A program made the position numbers and the translations under genes. Positions 8,881 to 18,361 of a stretch of 64,000 nucleotides of DNA are shown here, piece by piece (position 1 is the stretch's first letter; each line of letters opens with the position of its first letter). This DNA comes from a virus. Lineage: Duplodnaviria; Heunggongvirae; Uroviricota; Caudoviricetes. A model generated the notes under the pieces. The model was not told where the DNA came from. It did no database searches and saw nothing but the letters and a program-made list of their open reading frames with translations. The DNA lies in the IMG/VR virus record IMGVR_UViG_3300006143_000002; one strand, written 5' to 3'.

Positions 8881-11706
8881 CTACTTTGTTACTATCCATA
8901 TATCACCATTTGCTGCTCCTGATGGTGTACTACTCTGTATAAATACTTTTCTACCATTTACAGTCAGATTTGTTGTATTTGTAGTTGTAAAATATCCAGT
9001 ACTATATCTTGCAGCAGATGTTCCTATTGCATAAGTATTATTTGCAGATGGTGTTAATGCTCTTGAAGTAATTGTTCCTGTCATTGTTCCCCCAGAAATA
9101 GGTAAGGCTTCTGTTCCTGTACTTCTAGTAATAGCAAAATTAGATATATTACCTGTTCCGTCAAAAGTTACACTTGCTACTGCTGTTTTAGTAACTACTT
9201 TACTATTTTCTAATGTTGTTGAATATTCTCCTGTTGGTATAGAAATAGTTGTATTATCTGCTGCGTCTGCAATACTTCCATTTATTCCAACTAATTGTAT
9301 TCTATTGTTAGCATCTCTATATGCTATATAAAAAGGTCTGTCATTTTTATTATAATAGTTATTAGTTAATCTTTTCTTAAAATCATCTGTAAGCGTTCCA
9401 TTAAAATATAATATTTCATCAACTTTAGTATAATCAGGTTTAATTGTAACTGTATTCGTTCCACTATCATCTGCTATAGCAAAGTCAACAAAGTTCAAAT
9501 TCTTTCTAAATGCTACATTTGAATTATTGTTTTTTATATCTCTTCTTAATTTAGTTGCTATGTTATCATAACCATCTTGTGTAAATTCCATAGTCAAATC
9601 AAAATTCTTTGTACCATCTGTTTTTAGATTTGTACTTTTTGTTGCATTTATTGAAACATCTCCATCAGTACTTCCTACTGTAAATTCTTTTGTTAATTTA
9701 TCAACTGTTGCTCCTGCAATATGTCCTACTTTATCTGTAACTACTATTTTATTTTGTGGAATATCTGCACCTATTGTATAATCTATATAATCTTCTGATA
9801 TTGCTTTTACATCTGCAGGTGTTAATGTAATACTTTCTCCTGACTTACCATTTACAGATTTTACACTTACACCTAAATCAGCTCTATTCCAACTCGAATT
9901 ATAATAATAAATCCAATCTCCTACTTTATAATTCTTTCCACCAAAAGTATTTGCTGTTGTAACTAACCATGCCTGTGATTCTTTAGGTGTTGCTGATGGA
10001 GCTCCTCCACCATCCCAATTTCCCATTATCCTTACTGCTTTTGTCAATCCTTCTGGTAATTGAGATTCTGGAACTATTCCGTTTACTAAACTTGGTATTT
10101 TAACACCAATATCACTAGGAGTTAATACTGCTGCAGAACCGTCAAGTGTAGTTGTTATTTTAAAACTATTTTTAGATGTATCTAATTTTGCATTTCCTTT
10201 TACTGCACCTGTTATTTCAAATGCAATCTCATGGTCTAATTCTTTTGCATTATAAGCAGTTGTTGGTAAATTTCCATCTGTATCTAATTTCAATGCTTTT
10301 CCTGAAGTTGGTGTATCTGATACTATATTAGAAGCATCTGTTGACATTGTTAAAGATAATTTATCATAACCGAATAAAACTTCTCCAGTAATATCTCCTT
10401 CTAATTTAAGTTTAGTATCGTGGTCTAAATCACTTGCTGTTAAAGCATTTCCTGGCAAATTCTTATCACTATCTACAAGTAATGCTTTTCCTGGAGTTGG
10501 AGATGTTGTAAACATATCATTTAATAAATCTTCTGTTTCTTTCTTATTGTAGTAATTTGATAAATCTTTACCTGCAGCTCCTTCTAATGCATCTAATCTA
10601 TCTGTTATATCTTTATGCTTATGCTTATCTGGGTCTATTGTTAAAGGTATTGTTGTATTTGTATTATTGATAACTGTTCCTTGTCCTGTTGCTCCTCCTG
10701 TAAATGCTAATATAAAATTATCTGTACTCAATGTAAATTTCTTTTTAGATGCTGACCATATTATCTTTGCACCTTTATATTCCATATTAGTTAATTTATC
10801 AATCATTTCTTGTAAAGCATTTGATTTAGCAACTGTACTAAAATCTGATATATCTGCTGCTTTATGAACATGTGATTTTAGTGCAAAATCTGTAGCATGT
10901 AATCCATCTAATTTATCTACATTAAAATTAAATGTAGCTGGTAGTGTACCATCTGCTTGTCCTTGCACAAGTTTATTATATATTGCTTCTCCAGATAATT
11001 GTAAATTTTCTAATTGTAAATTTCCTTCATGCCATACTTTATATCTATGTGCATCTGTCTTATATGGATTATTATCTAATGAAGGTCGTTCATTATAATC
11101 TACAAATATTTCATTATTTAGTACATTCCATTCTCCTCTTATATATGCAGTAGATTGGTCATCTATATATAACTCACCTTCAGATGAAAAAGAACCATTT
11201 GGAAGTATTCTTACCCCTCCACCTAAATAAGAAGATAGCACAAGATTATCATGTTTATCACTTACATATAATCTACCTTTGATTATTCTGTTTGCATCTC
11301 TTATTACTACTGAACCATCTCGTAGTAATCCATTATTATCTACTATTGTCGGATTTTGGTCATCTAAATATACTTCTTCTATGAAATCATGGTCTGTTCT
11401 GTATGCACTTGGATACTTATTATCAGAATATATACAAATCCACCTATTCATCCATAGCCACAATGAATTACTCTCCCAACAATAATATGTAATACCCATT
11501 TCTGGTATTATATTATTTTGTAAATCATTAACTGTATCTACTCCAACATATCCATATAATGTTCTTTTTGAATCAGATTCATCATACCATAGTTGTAGTG
11601 TATCTAGGCACATATACATATTATACTTATTACATTTAGTTCCTAGCAAATCATAATTATTCAATCTAATTATTTTATTTATTGTTGGTGTTGTAACTGA
11701 TGCCAT
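8881..11706 (-). CDS. tail fibre protein
   Basis: 941 aa, T/S/G/N-rich repetitive beta composition typical of phage fibres. Late motif and RBS upstream. Confidence 0.55.
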   Translation of the reverse strand: MASVTTPTINKIIRLNNYDLLGTKCNKYNMYMCLDTLQLWYDESDSKRTLYGYVGVDTVNDLQNNIIPEMGITYYCWESNSLWLWMNRWICIYSDNKYPSAYRTDHDFIEEVYLDDQNPTIVDNNGLLRDGSVVIRDANRIIKGRLYVSDKHDNLVLSSYLGGGVRILPNGSFSSEGELYIDDQSTAYIRGEWNVLNNEIFVDYNERPSLDNNPYKTDAHRYKVWHEGNLQLENLQLSGEAIYNKLVQGQADGTLPATFNFNVDKLDGLHATDFALKSHVHKAADISDFSTVAKSNALQEMIDKLTNMEYKGAKIIWSASKKKFTLSTDNFILAFTGGATGQGTVINNTNTTIPLTIDPDKHKHKDITDRLDALEGAAGKDLSNYYNKKETEDLLNDMFTTSPTPGKALLVDSDKNLPGNALTASDLDHDTKLKLEGDITGEVLFGYDKLSLTMSTDASNIVSDTPTSGKALKLDTDGNLPTTAYNAKELDHEIAFEITGAVKGNAKLDTSKNSFKITTTLDGSAAVLTPSDIGVKIPSLVNGIVPESQLPEGLTKAVRIMGNWDGGGAPSATPKESQAWLVTTANTFGGKNYKVGDWIYYYNSSWNRADLGVSVKSVNGKSGESITLTPADVKAISEDYIDYTIGADIPQNKIVVTDKVGHIAGATVDKLTKEFTVGSTDGDVSINATKSTNLKTDGTKNFDLTMEFTQDGYDNIATKLRRDIKNNNSNVAFRKNLNFVDFAIADDSGTNTVTIKPDYTKVDEILYFNGTLTDDFKKRLTNNYYNKNDRPFYIAYRDANNRIQLVGINGSIADAADNTTISIPTGEYSTTLENSKVVTKTAVASVTFDGTGNISNFAITRSTGTEALPISGGTMTGTITSRALTPSANNTYAIGTSAARYSTGYFTTTNTTNLTVNGRKVFIQSSTPSGAANGDIWIVTK

Positions 11707-11755
11707 TCTACACTCTCCTTTACATAATAAAAAATATTAATGAGGTTTTACATTT

Positions 11756-11777
11756 CCTCATTAATATTTTACCAATT
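11756..11777 (-). promoter_or_regulatory. conserved late-gene motif, part of an inverted repeat
   Basis: TTGGTAAAATATTAATGAGG. A second AATATTAATGAGG copy at 11733..11745 on the other strand forms an inverted repeat ahead of the 941-aa fibre gene. Confidence 0.45.
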
Positions 11778-11789
11778 TTGTATATTCAA

Positions 11790-12605
11790 CTAATTACCTA
11801 ACTTTTCATTCATTTTAGAAGATAAATCTGTTATCAGACTTATAGTAGCCTTCATGTCTAATATTGATATTGCAATATGGTCTAACCAACTTTTCATTTT
11901 ATTATATTCTTCATCTGGTATTCCATACTGTCTATACATATCATCCAATTTTAATTTTAAAAGACTTATATATATTGTAGCATTACCTTGTATCTCTTCT
12001 ATATCTTCGTCTGTTTCTGGTGTATTCTTGTTTGTACTAGATATATCATCTATGCTTAATTGTTTTTCTGTTTCTTCCTCTATATTAAGTTCCCTTGCTA
12101 AATCCTCTCTGTGTATATATTCTATCTCAATACTAACATCATAATCTTCTAATGCAGTTATCAAAGCATTTAATACCCATACAACCTCACCACTATATAC
12201 TGCTGTTATATATTTTGGTTCTCCCATAGGTGTTCTAAATATCTCTAACATACTATTCTGGTTATTTTTATACACATTACTTCTTATATGAATTGGTTCC
12301 GTAAATAGTTTCTCTGAAAAACTTGTATTTGTTTTACCTCCCCAGCTTAATATCATATTTCCTAATGCTATATTAAATTTTGTTTCGAATGCCTCCCAAT
12401 TATTTTCAGTTGCTTGTTCAATCTCATAGCTAAATGAGTTAATAACTTCTCTTGCTAATGATGCCCAAGTTGTTGGTTGTCGTCTAACTAATTTTTGTTT
12501 ATTTCCACAAAAACATTTTAATCCCAACACCTTTGTATAATTATAACCTTCAATATCAAAATTAAACTCATTTGGTCTAATTATTAAAAATTTACTATTT
12601 TCCAT
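11790..12605 (-). CDS. hypothetical protein
   Basis: Start set at MENSKF after RBS GGGGAGG. A TTGACA-17-TAAAAT promoter and a late-motif variant lie upstream. Confidence 0.4.
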   Translation of the reverse strand: MENSKFLIIRPNEFNFDIEGYNYTKVLGLKCFCGNKQKLVRRQPTTWASLAREVINSFSYEIEQATENNWEAFETKFNIALGNMILSWGGKTNTSFSEKLFTEPIHIRSNVYKNNQNSMLEIFRTPMGEPKYITAVYSGEVVWVLNALITALEDYDVSIEIEYIHREDLARELNIEEETEKQLSIDDISSTNKNTPETDEDIEEIQGNATIYISLLKLKLDDMYRQYGIPDEEYNKMKSWLDHIAISILDMKATISLITDLSSKMNEKLGN

Positions 12606-12620
12606 AATAGTATTCCTCCC

Positions 12621-12636
12621 CTTAAATATTTTTACC
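12621..12636 (-). promoter_or_regulatory. late-motif variant GGTAAAAATATTTAAGG
   Basis: Abuts the RBS GGGGAGG of the 11790..12605 gene. Confidence 0.3.
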
Positions 12637-12665
12637 ATAATATATGGTATTTTTACTATGGTGCT

Positions 12666-12694
12666 ATTTTATCATAGATATTTTTATCTGTCAA
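12666..12694 (-). promoter_or_regulatory. sigma-A-type promoter TTGACA-N17-TAAAAT
   Basis: Reverse complement reads TTGACAGATAAAAATATCTATGATAAAAT, upstream of the 11790..12605 gene. Confidence 0.5.
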
Positions 12695-12730
12695 TAGTAA
12701 AATAAAAAATTGCATAATATTTTTATCATG
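12694..12730. terminator. bidirectional hairpin terminator
   Basis: TTGCAT-AATATTTTTATC-ATGCAA flanked by T/A tracts on both strands, after the 12747..13262 gene. Confidence 0.45.
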
Positions 12731-12746
12731 CAATTTTTATCTTAAA

Positions 12747-13262
12747 TTATACATCTACTGATTTACTTTCTTTAATTCTGTGTCTGTGTATTGTGTCCCT
12801 ATGACTTTTAATAAATGCATCAATAGGTTGGTCTGGATATAATTCTTTATATCTATCAACAACAGAATGAAATTGTTTATTTGATATTCCAATCTTTCTA
12901 CAATACTCCCTAATAGGTAATGTATCTTTTAAATAATTTTCAACTGTTTTTGTAATATATTCATTTGAACTTGTTCTTAATATATGTGTACCTCTTTTTG
13001 GTACTTTATTTCTAATATCAAATCTTAAACTTTCAGCCTTCTTTTCTTTTTCAGGGTCTTTTCTACATTCATCACAAATAAATGCTATCATATATGGATT
13101 TTCTCTATTATGAAGAATTGCTCCTGGATTTCCACAGACAACACATTTCTTTACTATTCCACTTCTTCTTACAAAGTGAGCTACTTTAGTTCTTGCATTT
13201 GAATATTGGTCATCTGGTTTAACTATTTCACCTTTCTTTGGTCTTCCAGCTTTTCTTGCCAT
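12747..13262 (-). CDS. putative DNA-binding Zn-finger protein
   Basis: N-terminal AT-hook-like RPKKG plus CxxC...CxxC. Consensus promoter upstream. Confidence 0.4.
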   Translation of the reverse strand: MARKAGRPKKGEIVKPDDQYSNARTKVAHFVRRSGIVKKCVVCGNPGAILHNRENPYMIAFICDECRKDPEKEKKAESLRFDIRNKVPKRGTHILRTSSNEYITKTVENYLKDTLPIREYCRKIGISNKQFHSVVDRYKELYPDQPIDAFIKSHRDTIHRHRIKESKSVDV

Positions 13263-13303
13263 TTTACATTACACCTCCTTATAAGTCTATTTTTCCTAAC
13301 TAT

Positions 13304-13332
13304 ATTATACAATAATTTTGCAATTATGTCAA
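13304..13332 (-). promoter_or_regulatory. consensus promoter TTGACA-N17-TATAAT, with a second TTGACA 9 nt upstream
   Basis: Reverse complement reads CACTTGACAAATAAATACTTGACATAATTGCAAAATTATTGTATAAT. Precedes the RBS AGGAGG of the 12747..13262 gene. Confidence 0.6.
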
Positions 13333-13351
13333 GTATTTATTTGTCAAGTGT

Positions 13352-13831
13352 TTATGTAAAATCTTCCAAGACTTCTTTAGGTATAATATAGAAATCCTTT
13401 GATAAATTGCCTTCTATTTTATTATACCCAACATTATTAGATTCTAACCAATTTTTAAGATTAAAAGAAGTAGTATTATTCTTTAATTCAAATTTAGATA
13501 ATTGTACATTTTTCCAATCATCTCTTAAACTCATATCAATAAACTTACTACAAACAGAAAAATTATAGTTGCTATCGAATATATTAATATCTCCACTTAT
13601 CATATCTATATTAACACTCATATATTTATTACAATTTGGACAAATATGATGCATTTCAAATACATCTTTATTAATATCTTTTAAATCTATAATATATAAC
13701 AAATTTTTAAATGATTTTGTTTGCCAAAGAGTTGCTTCTTCTATGTCTGGAACTAAAATCTTTTTGCAAAATGGACATTCTTTTATTATTCTATCTGTAA
13801 CTGTTTTACTCATTTCATCAAACATACCCAT
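13352..13831 (-). CDS. Zn-ribbon protein
   Basis: CPFCKK...CPNCNKY motifs. Confidence 0.35.
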   Translation of the reverse strand: MGMFDEMSKTVTDRIIKECPFCKKILVPDIEEATLWQTKSFKNLLYIIDLKDINKDVFEMHHICPNCNKYMSVNIDMISGDINIFDSNYNFSVCSKFIDMSLRDDWKNVQLSKFELKNNTTSFNLKNWLESNNVGYNKIEGNLSKDFYIIPKEVLEDFT

Positions 13832-13832
13832 A

Positions 13833-14054
13833 TTATTTTACCTCCTGTTCACTTTTACTTTCAGAAACTAAACCATATAAAATATCTGCATTTACTTTAT
13901 CTTTACCATTTTCTTTAACAACATTACATATTTCAGATACTGTTGTTAAAAAATCAATAGTTCCATCTTCTGTTAAACACCATATTTTTTGATTAGGACT
14001 TGTATCTTCCATTTCTAATACATCATCCAATTTTAACCATATTTTGCTACTCAT
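13833..14054 (-). CDS. hypothetical small protein
   Basis: 73-aa ORF in the early operon. Confidence 0.3.
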   Translation of the reverse strand: MSSKIWLKLDDVLEMEDTSPNQKIWCLTEDGTIDFLTTVSEICNVVKENGKDKVNADILYGLVSESKSEQEVK

Positions 14055-14074
14055 TATAATTCACCTTCTTTCAT

Positions 14075-14281
14075 TTAATTTATTTTATCATAAACTATCA
14101 TTGCATAATGTTCAGTAACACACTCTGTATTCGTTACATTTGAAAATCCATTAACACTTCTTAAATGATGTAATTCTGTACTATATTGTACACTTATTAC
14201 ATTAATATTATTTGCTTCTATAAATGAGTTTACTTCTTTTTCAAATGCATCTGGGTTTATTTTATGTATTATTTTAATCAT
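14075..14281 (-). CDS. hypothetical small protein
   Basis: 68-aa ORF. Confidence 0.3.
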   Translation of the reverse strand: MIKIIHKINPDAFEKEVNSFIEANNINVISVQYSTELHHLRSVNGFSNVTNTECVTEHYAMIVYDKIN

Positions 14282-14292
14282 AATAAAACCTC

Positions 14293-14562
14293 CTATTTAA
14301 TTTCTTGCAATTTAATACCAAACCTCTTTTCTAAATCTGCTATCGCTTTATTTTTAATATCATCTTTATCATCTGTTATTACACCTTTATCAATTAATTC
14401 TTCTATTTCTTCTTCTGTATAATTTAATTTTGAAGAAATCTTTTTACTAAATACATATTGTATATCTTTTATTTGTATTTCTTCAATTTCTTTCGTTGTT
14501 TTATTTAGTTTATAAAATTTATCACCTATTTTATACTTATTACCAATTCTATATTTAGTCAC
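14293..14562 (-). CDS. hypothetical small protein
   Basis: 89-aa K/E-rich ORF. Confidence 0.3.
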   Translation of the reverse strand: MTKYRIGNKYKIGDKFYKLNKTTKEIEEIQIKDIQYVFSKKISSKLNYTEEEIEELIDKGVITDDKDDIKNKAIADLEKRFGIKLQEIK

Positions 14563-15478
14563 TATTTGATTCCTCCCTTAATTTTTCTTGTGTTTCTTTA
14601 GATAATTTATTAAAATCCCAATATGCAGAACGAAAACCTCTAGCCATATCTATTAAGTAGATTTCATTAGTTTCTTTTACATACATGAAATCAATACTCC
14701 AAATACCTTTTAATTTATCATCAAATTCTAATGTATCTATCCAATCAAATATTATATCAGCAACATCATTATATTCAACAAAGTGTACATCTGCTTTTAT
14801 AGTATTGCTGTGTAATTGATTATGAAAAACATCAAATATTATTCTATCATTTTTATTACTTAAATTATCTGCACAATAAAAATAATCCCAATAGTCTTTA
14901 ATATATTCTATCTTCTTTGTTTCCATATTATAGAAAACTCTAATCTCTGTTCTTAAAGGCATACCATTATATATTGTTAATGTATTATGGTTGTTATATG
15001 GTATTAACTCTCTAACAACTAATTCTGTATAACCACCTGTACTATACATACAAGATGCATAGTTTATATTCCATAGTTGTTTTGCTAAATTTTGCTCATT
15101 AGTTATACAGGTACTAAAATCAAACTTATTAGAAAAGCATCCATTTTTAATATTATATAATTTATTTCTTTCCATCTTTTCAAATGTAGGTTTTAATATC
15201 TTATTTATTTTATTCCAATCAACCTTATCTATATCATCTGTTTCTTGCATTATTTCTGTTTCTTCAAATGTAAATATCTGATTTGATATAACTTCTGCAT
15301 GACTAAATTTACCAAAATCTTTAATATGAGGATACCAATTTGAAAAGTTTTCTGGATATTCCCTATCATCATTATATGACTTTTTAGCTAATTCCTTAAA
15401 ATATTCTGATGTATATTTTTGCCTTTCTCTCAACATTATCTTTTCTAAATCTTTTAGGTCAAGTTCTGCCATTCCCAA
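14555..15478 (-). CDS. hypothetical protein (possible ATP-grasp-like C-terminus)
   Basis: 307 aa. The C-terminal EIYLIDMARG resembles ATP-grasp E-x-N motifs only weakly. Confidence 0.3.
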   Translation of the reverse strand: MGMAELDLKDLEKIMLRERQKYTSEYFKELAKKSYNDDREYPENFSNWYPHIKDFGKFSHAEVISNQIFTFEETEIMQETDDIDKVDWNKINKILKPTFEKMERNKLYNIKNGCFSNKFDFSTCITNEQNLAKQLWNINYASCMYSTGGYTELVVRELIPYNNHNTLTIYNGMPLRTEIRVFYNMETKKIEYIKDYWDYFYCADNLSNKNDRIIFDVFHNQLHSNTIKADVHFVEYNDVADIIFDWIDTLEFDDKLKGIWSIDFMYVKETNEIYLIDMARGFRSAYWDFNKLSKETQEKLREESNSD

Positions 15479-15660
15479 TAACCTCCTACCTCATTTTCTG
15501 TATAACAATATTCTCTATTACATTTAGGACATTTATAAACTAATTGTATAGGATTTGTTGTTAAAACAAAACTATCTCTATTTAATGGTATATCACAATC
15601 ATCACAATAAGGTGTTCTTTCAACATAACATTTAGGTTTATATCTAGTTTCTTTTATCAT
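15454..15660 (-). CDS. Zn-ribbon protein
   Basis: CDDCD...CPKCN. Confidence 0.3.
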   Translation of the reverse strand: MIKETRYKPKCYVERTPYCDDCDIPLNRDSFVLTTNPIQLVYKCPKCNREYCYTENEVGGYWEWQNLT

Positions 15661-16103
15661 CTATTTATACCTCTTTCATTCAATAATCTATTTGTAGTTT
15701 CTTGTATTTGATTATTCACATCAAATCTATTATAAAATAAATTTGTAGATATATAAGTTACTAATGATTTTACAACAATTTCAGATATATGTTCTTCTAC
15801 ATAATTAGATACATCTTCTATTTTTTCAACAAGTACCTTATTCTGTAATAAATCATTAGTTATATTTTCAGAAACTTTTTCTTTTAACCCATCTATTACT
15901 TTTTTACCAAACTCTGTTAATTCAGTATATGAATTGTGACTCCAACCACTAACTTCTCTATAAAAACCTTTATCCATTTTATCATTTAAGTAACTTTTTA
16001 CTATTTCTGTTTTCTGCTCATCAGATAATGTTTCAATTAAATTTGCTAAACCCTTATCTAATTCATTTAATTGCTCTGTACTTAAATCTAATTCGACTTT
16101 CAT
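15657..16103 (-). CDS. hypothetical protein
   Basis: 148-aa acidic ORF. Confidence 0.35.
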   Translation of the reverse strand: MKVELDLSTEQLNELDKGLANLIETLSDEQKTEIVKSYLNDKMDKGFYREVSGWSHNSYTELTEFGKKVIDGLKEKVSENITNDLLQNKVLVEKIEDVSNYVEEHISEIVVKSLVTYISTNLFYNRFDVNNQIQETTNRLLNERGINR

Positions 16104-16555
16104 TATAATTCACCTAACTTTCTTTTTACCATTTCACTTAACTCTTTCCCATCAACCTGATTTCCAAATTGTTCTTTTGCTGCTCTCATTACAATACCCA
16201 TATCTTTTATTGAATGGGCATCTACTTGATTTATTATTTTTGCAACTTCTATTTCTAAATCTTCTATTGATATTTGTTCTGGTAAATAACCTTCTAATAC
16301 TTGTATTTCTCTTTCTGTTTGCATTATAAGGTCTTCTCTATTTGCTTTCTTAAATTGTTCTAATGCATCTTGTCTTTTCTTCTTTTCTTTCATTATAATA
16401 TTCTCAATATCAACATCATTTAATTCTTTTTGTATATCTTTTTCTTCTTGTAATACGGAAGCTCTAACACTTTGTATTGTATTCTTAACTATTATATCCT
16501 TATTTCTCATTGCTTCCTTTAAATCGTCTAATAATCTCTCTTTCAAGTTTCTCAT
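16103..16555 (-). CDS. yqeY: GatB/YqeY-domain protein
   Basis: 150 aa. Collinear similarity to bacterial YqeY: N-terminal ...AMRNKD..., KKKRQDALEQFKKANREDL, EIQVLEGYLPEQ, MGIVMRAAKEQFGNQVDGKELSEMVKRKL. Confidence 0.7.
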   Translation of the reverse strand: MRNLKERLLDDLKEAMRNKDIIVKNTIQSVRASVLQEEKDIQKELNDVDIENIIMKEKKKRQDALEQFKKANREDLIMQTEREIQVLEGYLPEQISIEDLEIEVAKIINQVDAHSIKDMGIVMRAAKEQFGNQVDGKELSEMVKRKLGEL

Positions 16556-16654
16556 CTTCCTTTCTTCTTTTTATTTCATATATAAGTATTAGCATATATC
16601 CTATTGGTGCAGGAGATAACAATAATATTAATAATAGTAATTCATACCATTTCA

Positions 16655-16837
16655 TTAGTCTTTATCCTCATCTTTCTTATTTACATATACTGCAATTAAA
16701 TATCCTATAATATAACCCATTACAAATCCAAATAATAATATGAATGGATTTGAATTTGTAACAGCCAATGATGTATATATTATAATTATCATTAAACAGA
16801 TTATAACTACTTTAAAAATATTATTCATTATCATCAC
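16655..16837 (-). CDS. small membrane protein
   Basis: 60 aa, two hydrophobic helices. Confidence 0.3.
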   Translation of the reverse strand: MMIMNNIFKVVIICLMIIIIYTSLAVTNSNPFILLFGFVMGYIIGYLIAVYVNKKDEDKD

Positions 16838-17222
16838 TTTCCTCTTCTGTAAAATTTATTCTAATATTTTTATACCCTGCATTATATAAAGATATTATTT
16901 TATAACCTATATCTTGATACCAATCATTATATGTAGTATTTTTAGGTTTATTTGGTTCTATATTTGTTTGAGTTGCAAATTGATTAGATTCTTCAGTAGA
17001 TATAGATTTACTCTCAGCCATTACACTTGAAAATTCTTTCATAATATCTACCATTTCTCCTTTAATTTGATTTTTTAATTCTTTTTCTTTCTTTTCTTGC
17101 TCAAATCTTTCTCTTTCTCTATCTTCCTCTTCTTGGCATGATTTACAATAATAATGTTCATTCATATCTAATGATGTATGACATTTTGCACAATGTGTTA
17201 TTCCTGGATATGCAAAACTCAT
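16821..17222 (-). CDS. Zn-finger protein
   Basis: CAKCH...CKSCQ. Confidence 0.35.
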   Translation of the reverse strand: MSFAYPGITHCAKCHTSLDMNEHYYCKSCQEEEDRERERFEQEKKEKELKNQIKGEMVDIMKEFSSVMAESKSISTEESNQFATQTNIEPNKPKNTTYNDWYQDIGYKIISLYNAGYKNIRINFTEEESDDNE

Positions 17223-17314
17223 ATTAATCTACCTCCTCTGGGTTATATTCTAAACAAAATTCTTTATCTTTTCTCATAATACAATATTCATAATTCAAGC
17301 AAGTTTTACATTGT

Positions 17315-17785
17315 TCATTTTCTTTCAATATAATCATCCCCTTTTAAAATTCTTTTGTATGTTTCATCGATATGCTTAATATTAATTATTTTGCTAACTT
17401 CATAATTAAGTTCATCAACTAACTTTTGTTTACAATTATTACATAGGTCATCTTCTAAATTCCAATTTTCAGGATACTCATAATCATAATCTTCATTATA
17501 ATCATACTTACCACAAATAAATTCACCTTCTGAATAACTAATAAATTTATCTGTTTTAAACCCATCAAACTCTTTACCACAACAATCACATTTATAAATA
17601 TGTACTTCCTTTTCTGCATATTCTTGTTTTATACTTCTATCATCCATCCAATCAGCAGTAATATTATGTGAACCACATTTTTTACAAATTTGTATTGTTT
17701 CTATTTCTTGAGAATTACAATCTTTACAAAAAGGTACTACTACATTACCAGTTTTAACCTTTACTATATCCTTTCTTAAAAACAT
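17315..17785 (-). CDS. multi-Zn-ribbon protein
   Basis: Several CxxC pairs. Confidence 0.35.
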   Translation of the reverse strand: MFLRKDIVKVKTGNVVVPFCKDCNSQEIETIQICKKCGSHNITADWMDDRSIKQEYAEKEVHIYKCDCCGKEFDGFKTDKFISYSEGEFICGKYDYNEDYDYEYPENWNLEDDLCNNCKQKLVDELNYEVSKIINIKHIDETYKRILKGDDYIERK

Positions 17786-17787
17786 AT

Positions 17788-17988
17788 CTAGTCTTCCTCC
17801 AAATATCTTTTATTATTCCTTAATGCTTCATTGTACCCTTGCCTTTTTAAGTCATCATATTTATTTCTTTTATGCTGATAACAATCTGGGCATAAACATT
17901 CTCCATCTAACCATATTCTATCACCATCCCTAACATCATTTTTACAATTAGGACATTTTACAATTCTATCTAACCAATCACTACTCAT
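17788..17988 (-). CDS. Zn-ribbon protein
   Basis: CPNCKN...CPDC. Confidence 0.3.
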   Translation of the reverse strand: MSSDWLDRIVKCPNCKNDVRDGDRIWLDGECLCPDCYQHKRNKYDDLKRQGYNEALRNNKRYLEED

Positions 17989-18208
17989 CTACACAATCTC
18001 CTTTCAGTAAATTAATAAATGTACTAATTGCATCAGCTAAATCTATATATCTATTATTCAGGAATTTACCAATAAGAGCCATTATATGACATATAACAAT
18101 TAAAATAAATGTAGGTATTGATATTATTATAAAAGCTAGTAATAATAAGATGATTATAATATTACACAATAAATTTATAAAATAATCTTTAAGACTTATA
18201 TTCTCCAT
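17981..18208 (-). CDS. small membrane protein
   Basis: 75 aa, long hydrophobic segment. Confidence 0.3.
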   Translation of the reverse strand: MENISLKDYFINLLCNIIIILLLLAFIIISIPTFILIVICHIMALIGKFLNNRYIDLADAISTFINLLKGDCVDE

Positions 18209-18361
18209 ATATTACTCCTTTTCTAATTAAAATGGTAGGATTACCATTAATATTTTGTATATCAATATTAATGGCATCTCCTTCTTTTAGATTCATTTGT
18301 TCCATTACATCCTGAGGTATTGCTAACCTATTTTTATTTCCAATTCTTCTAATTAGTAACA
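18189..18361 (-). CDS. AbrB/MazE/SpoVT-type swapped-hairpin DNA-binding protein (not in the ORF track)
   Basis: 57-aa ORF MLLIRRIGNKNRLAIPQDVMEQMNLKEGDAINIDIQ... matches the RRIG-N-x-RLxIPKE...GikeGDxV signature. Overlaps the start of the next ORF out of frame. Confidence 0.45.

Noticed and set aside
14555-15478. RNA ligase or ATP-grasp assignment for the 307-aa protein
   Set aside because: There is only a vague EIYLIDMARG resemblance and no KxDG/KxNG motif I. I left it as hypothetical
18240-18265. CCATTAATATTTTG resembling the late motif
   Set aside because: It lies inside the AbrB-like ORF (coding QNINGN) without the flanking TTTTGG...GAGG context. It is a chance match in AT-rich coding sequence
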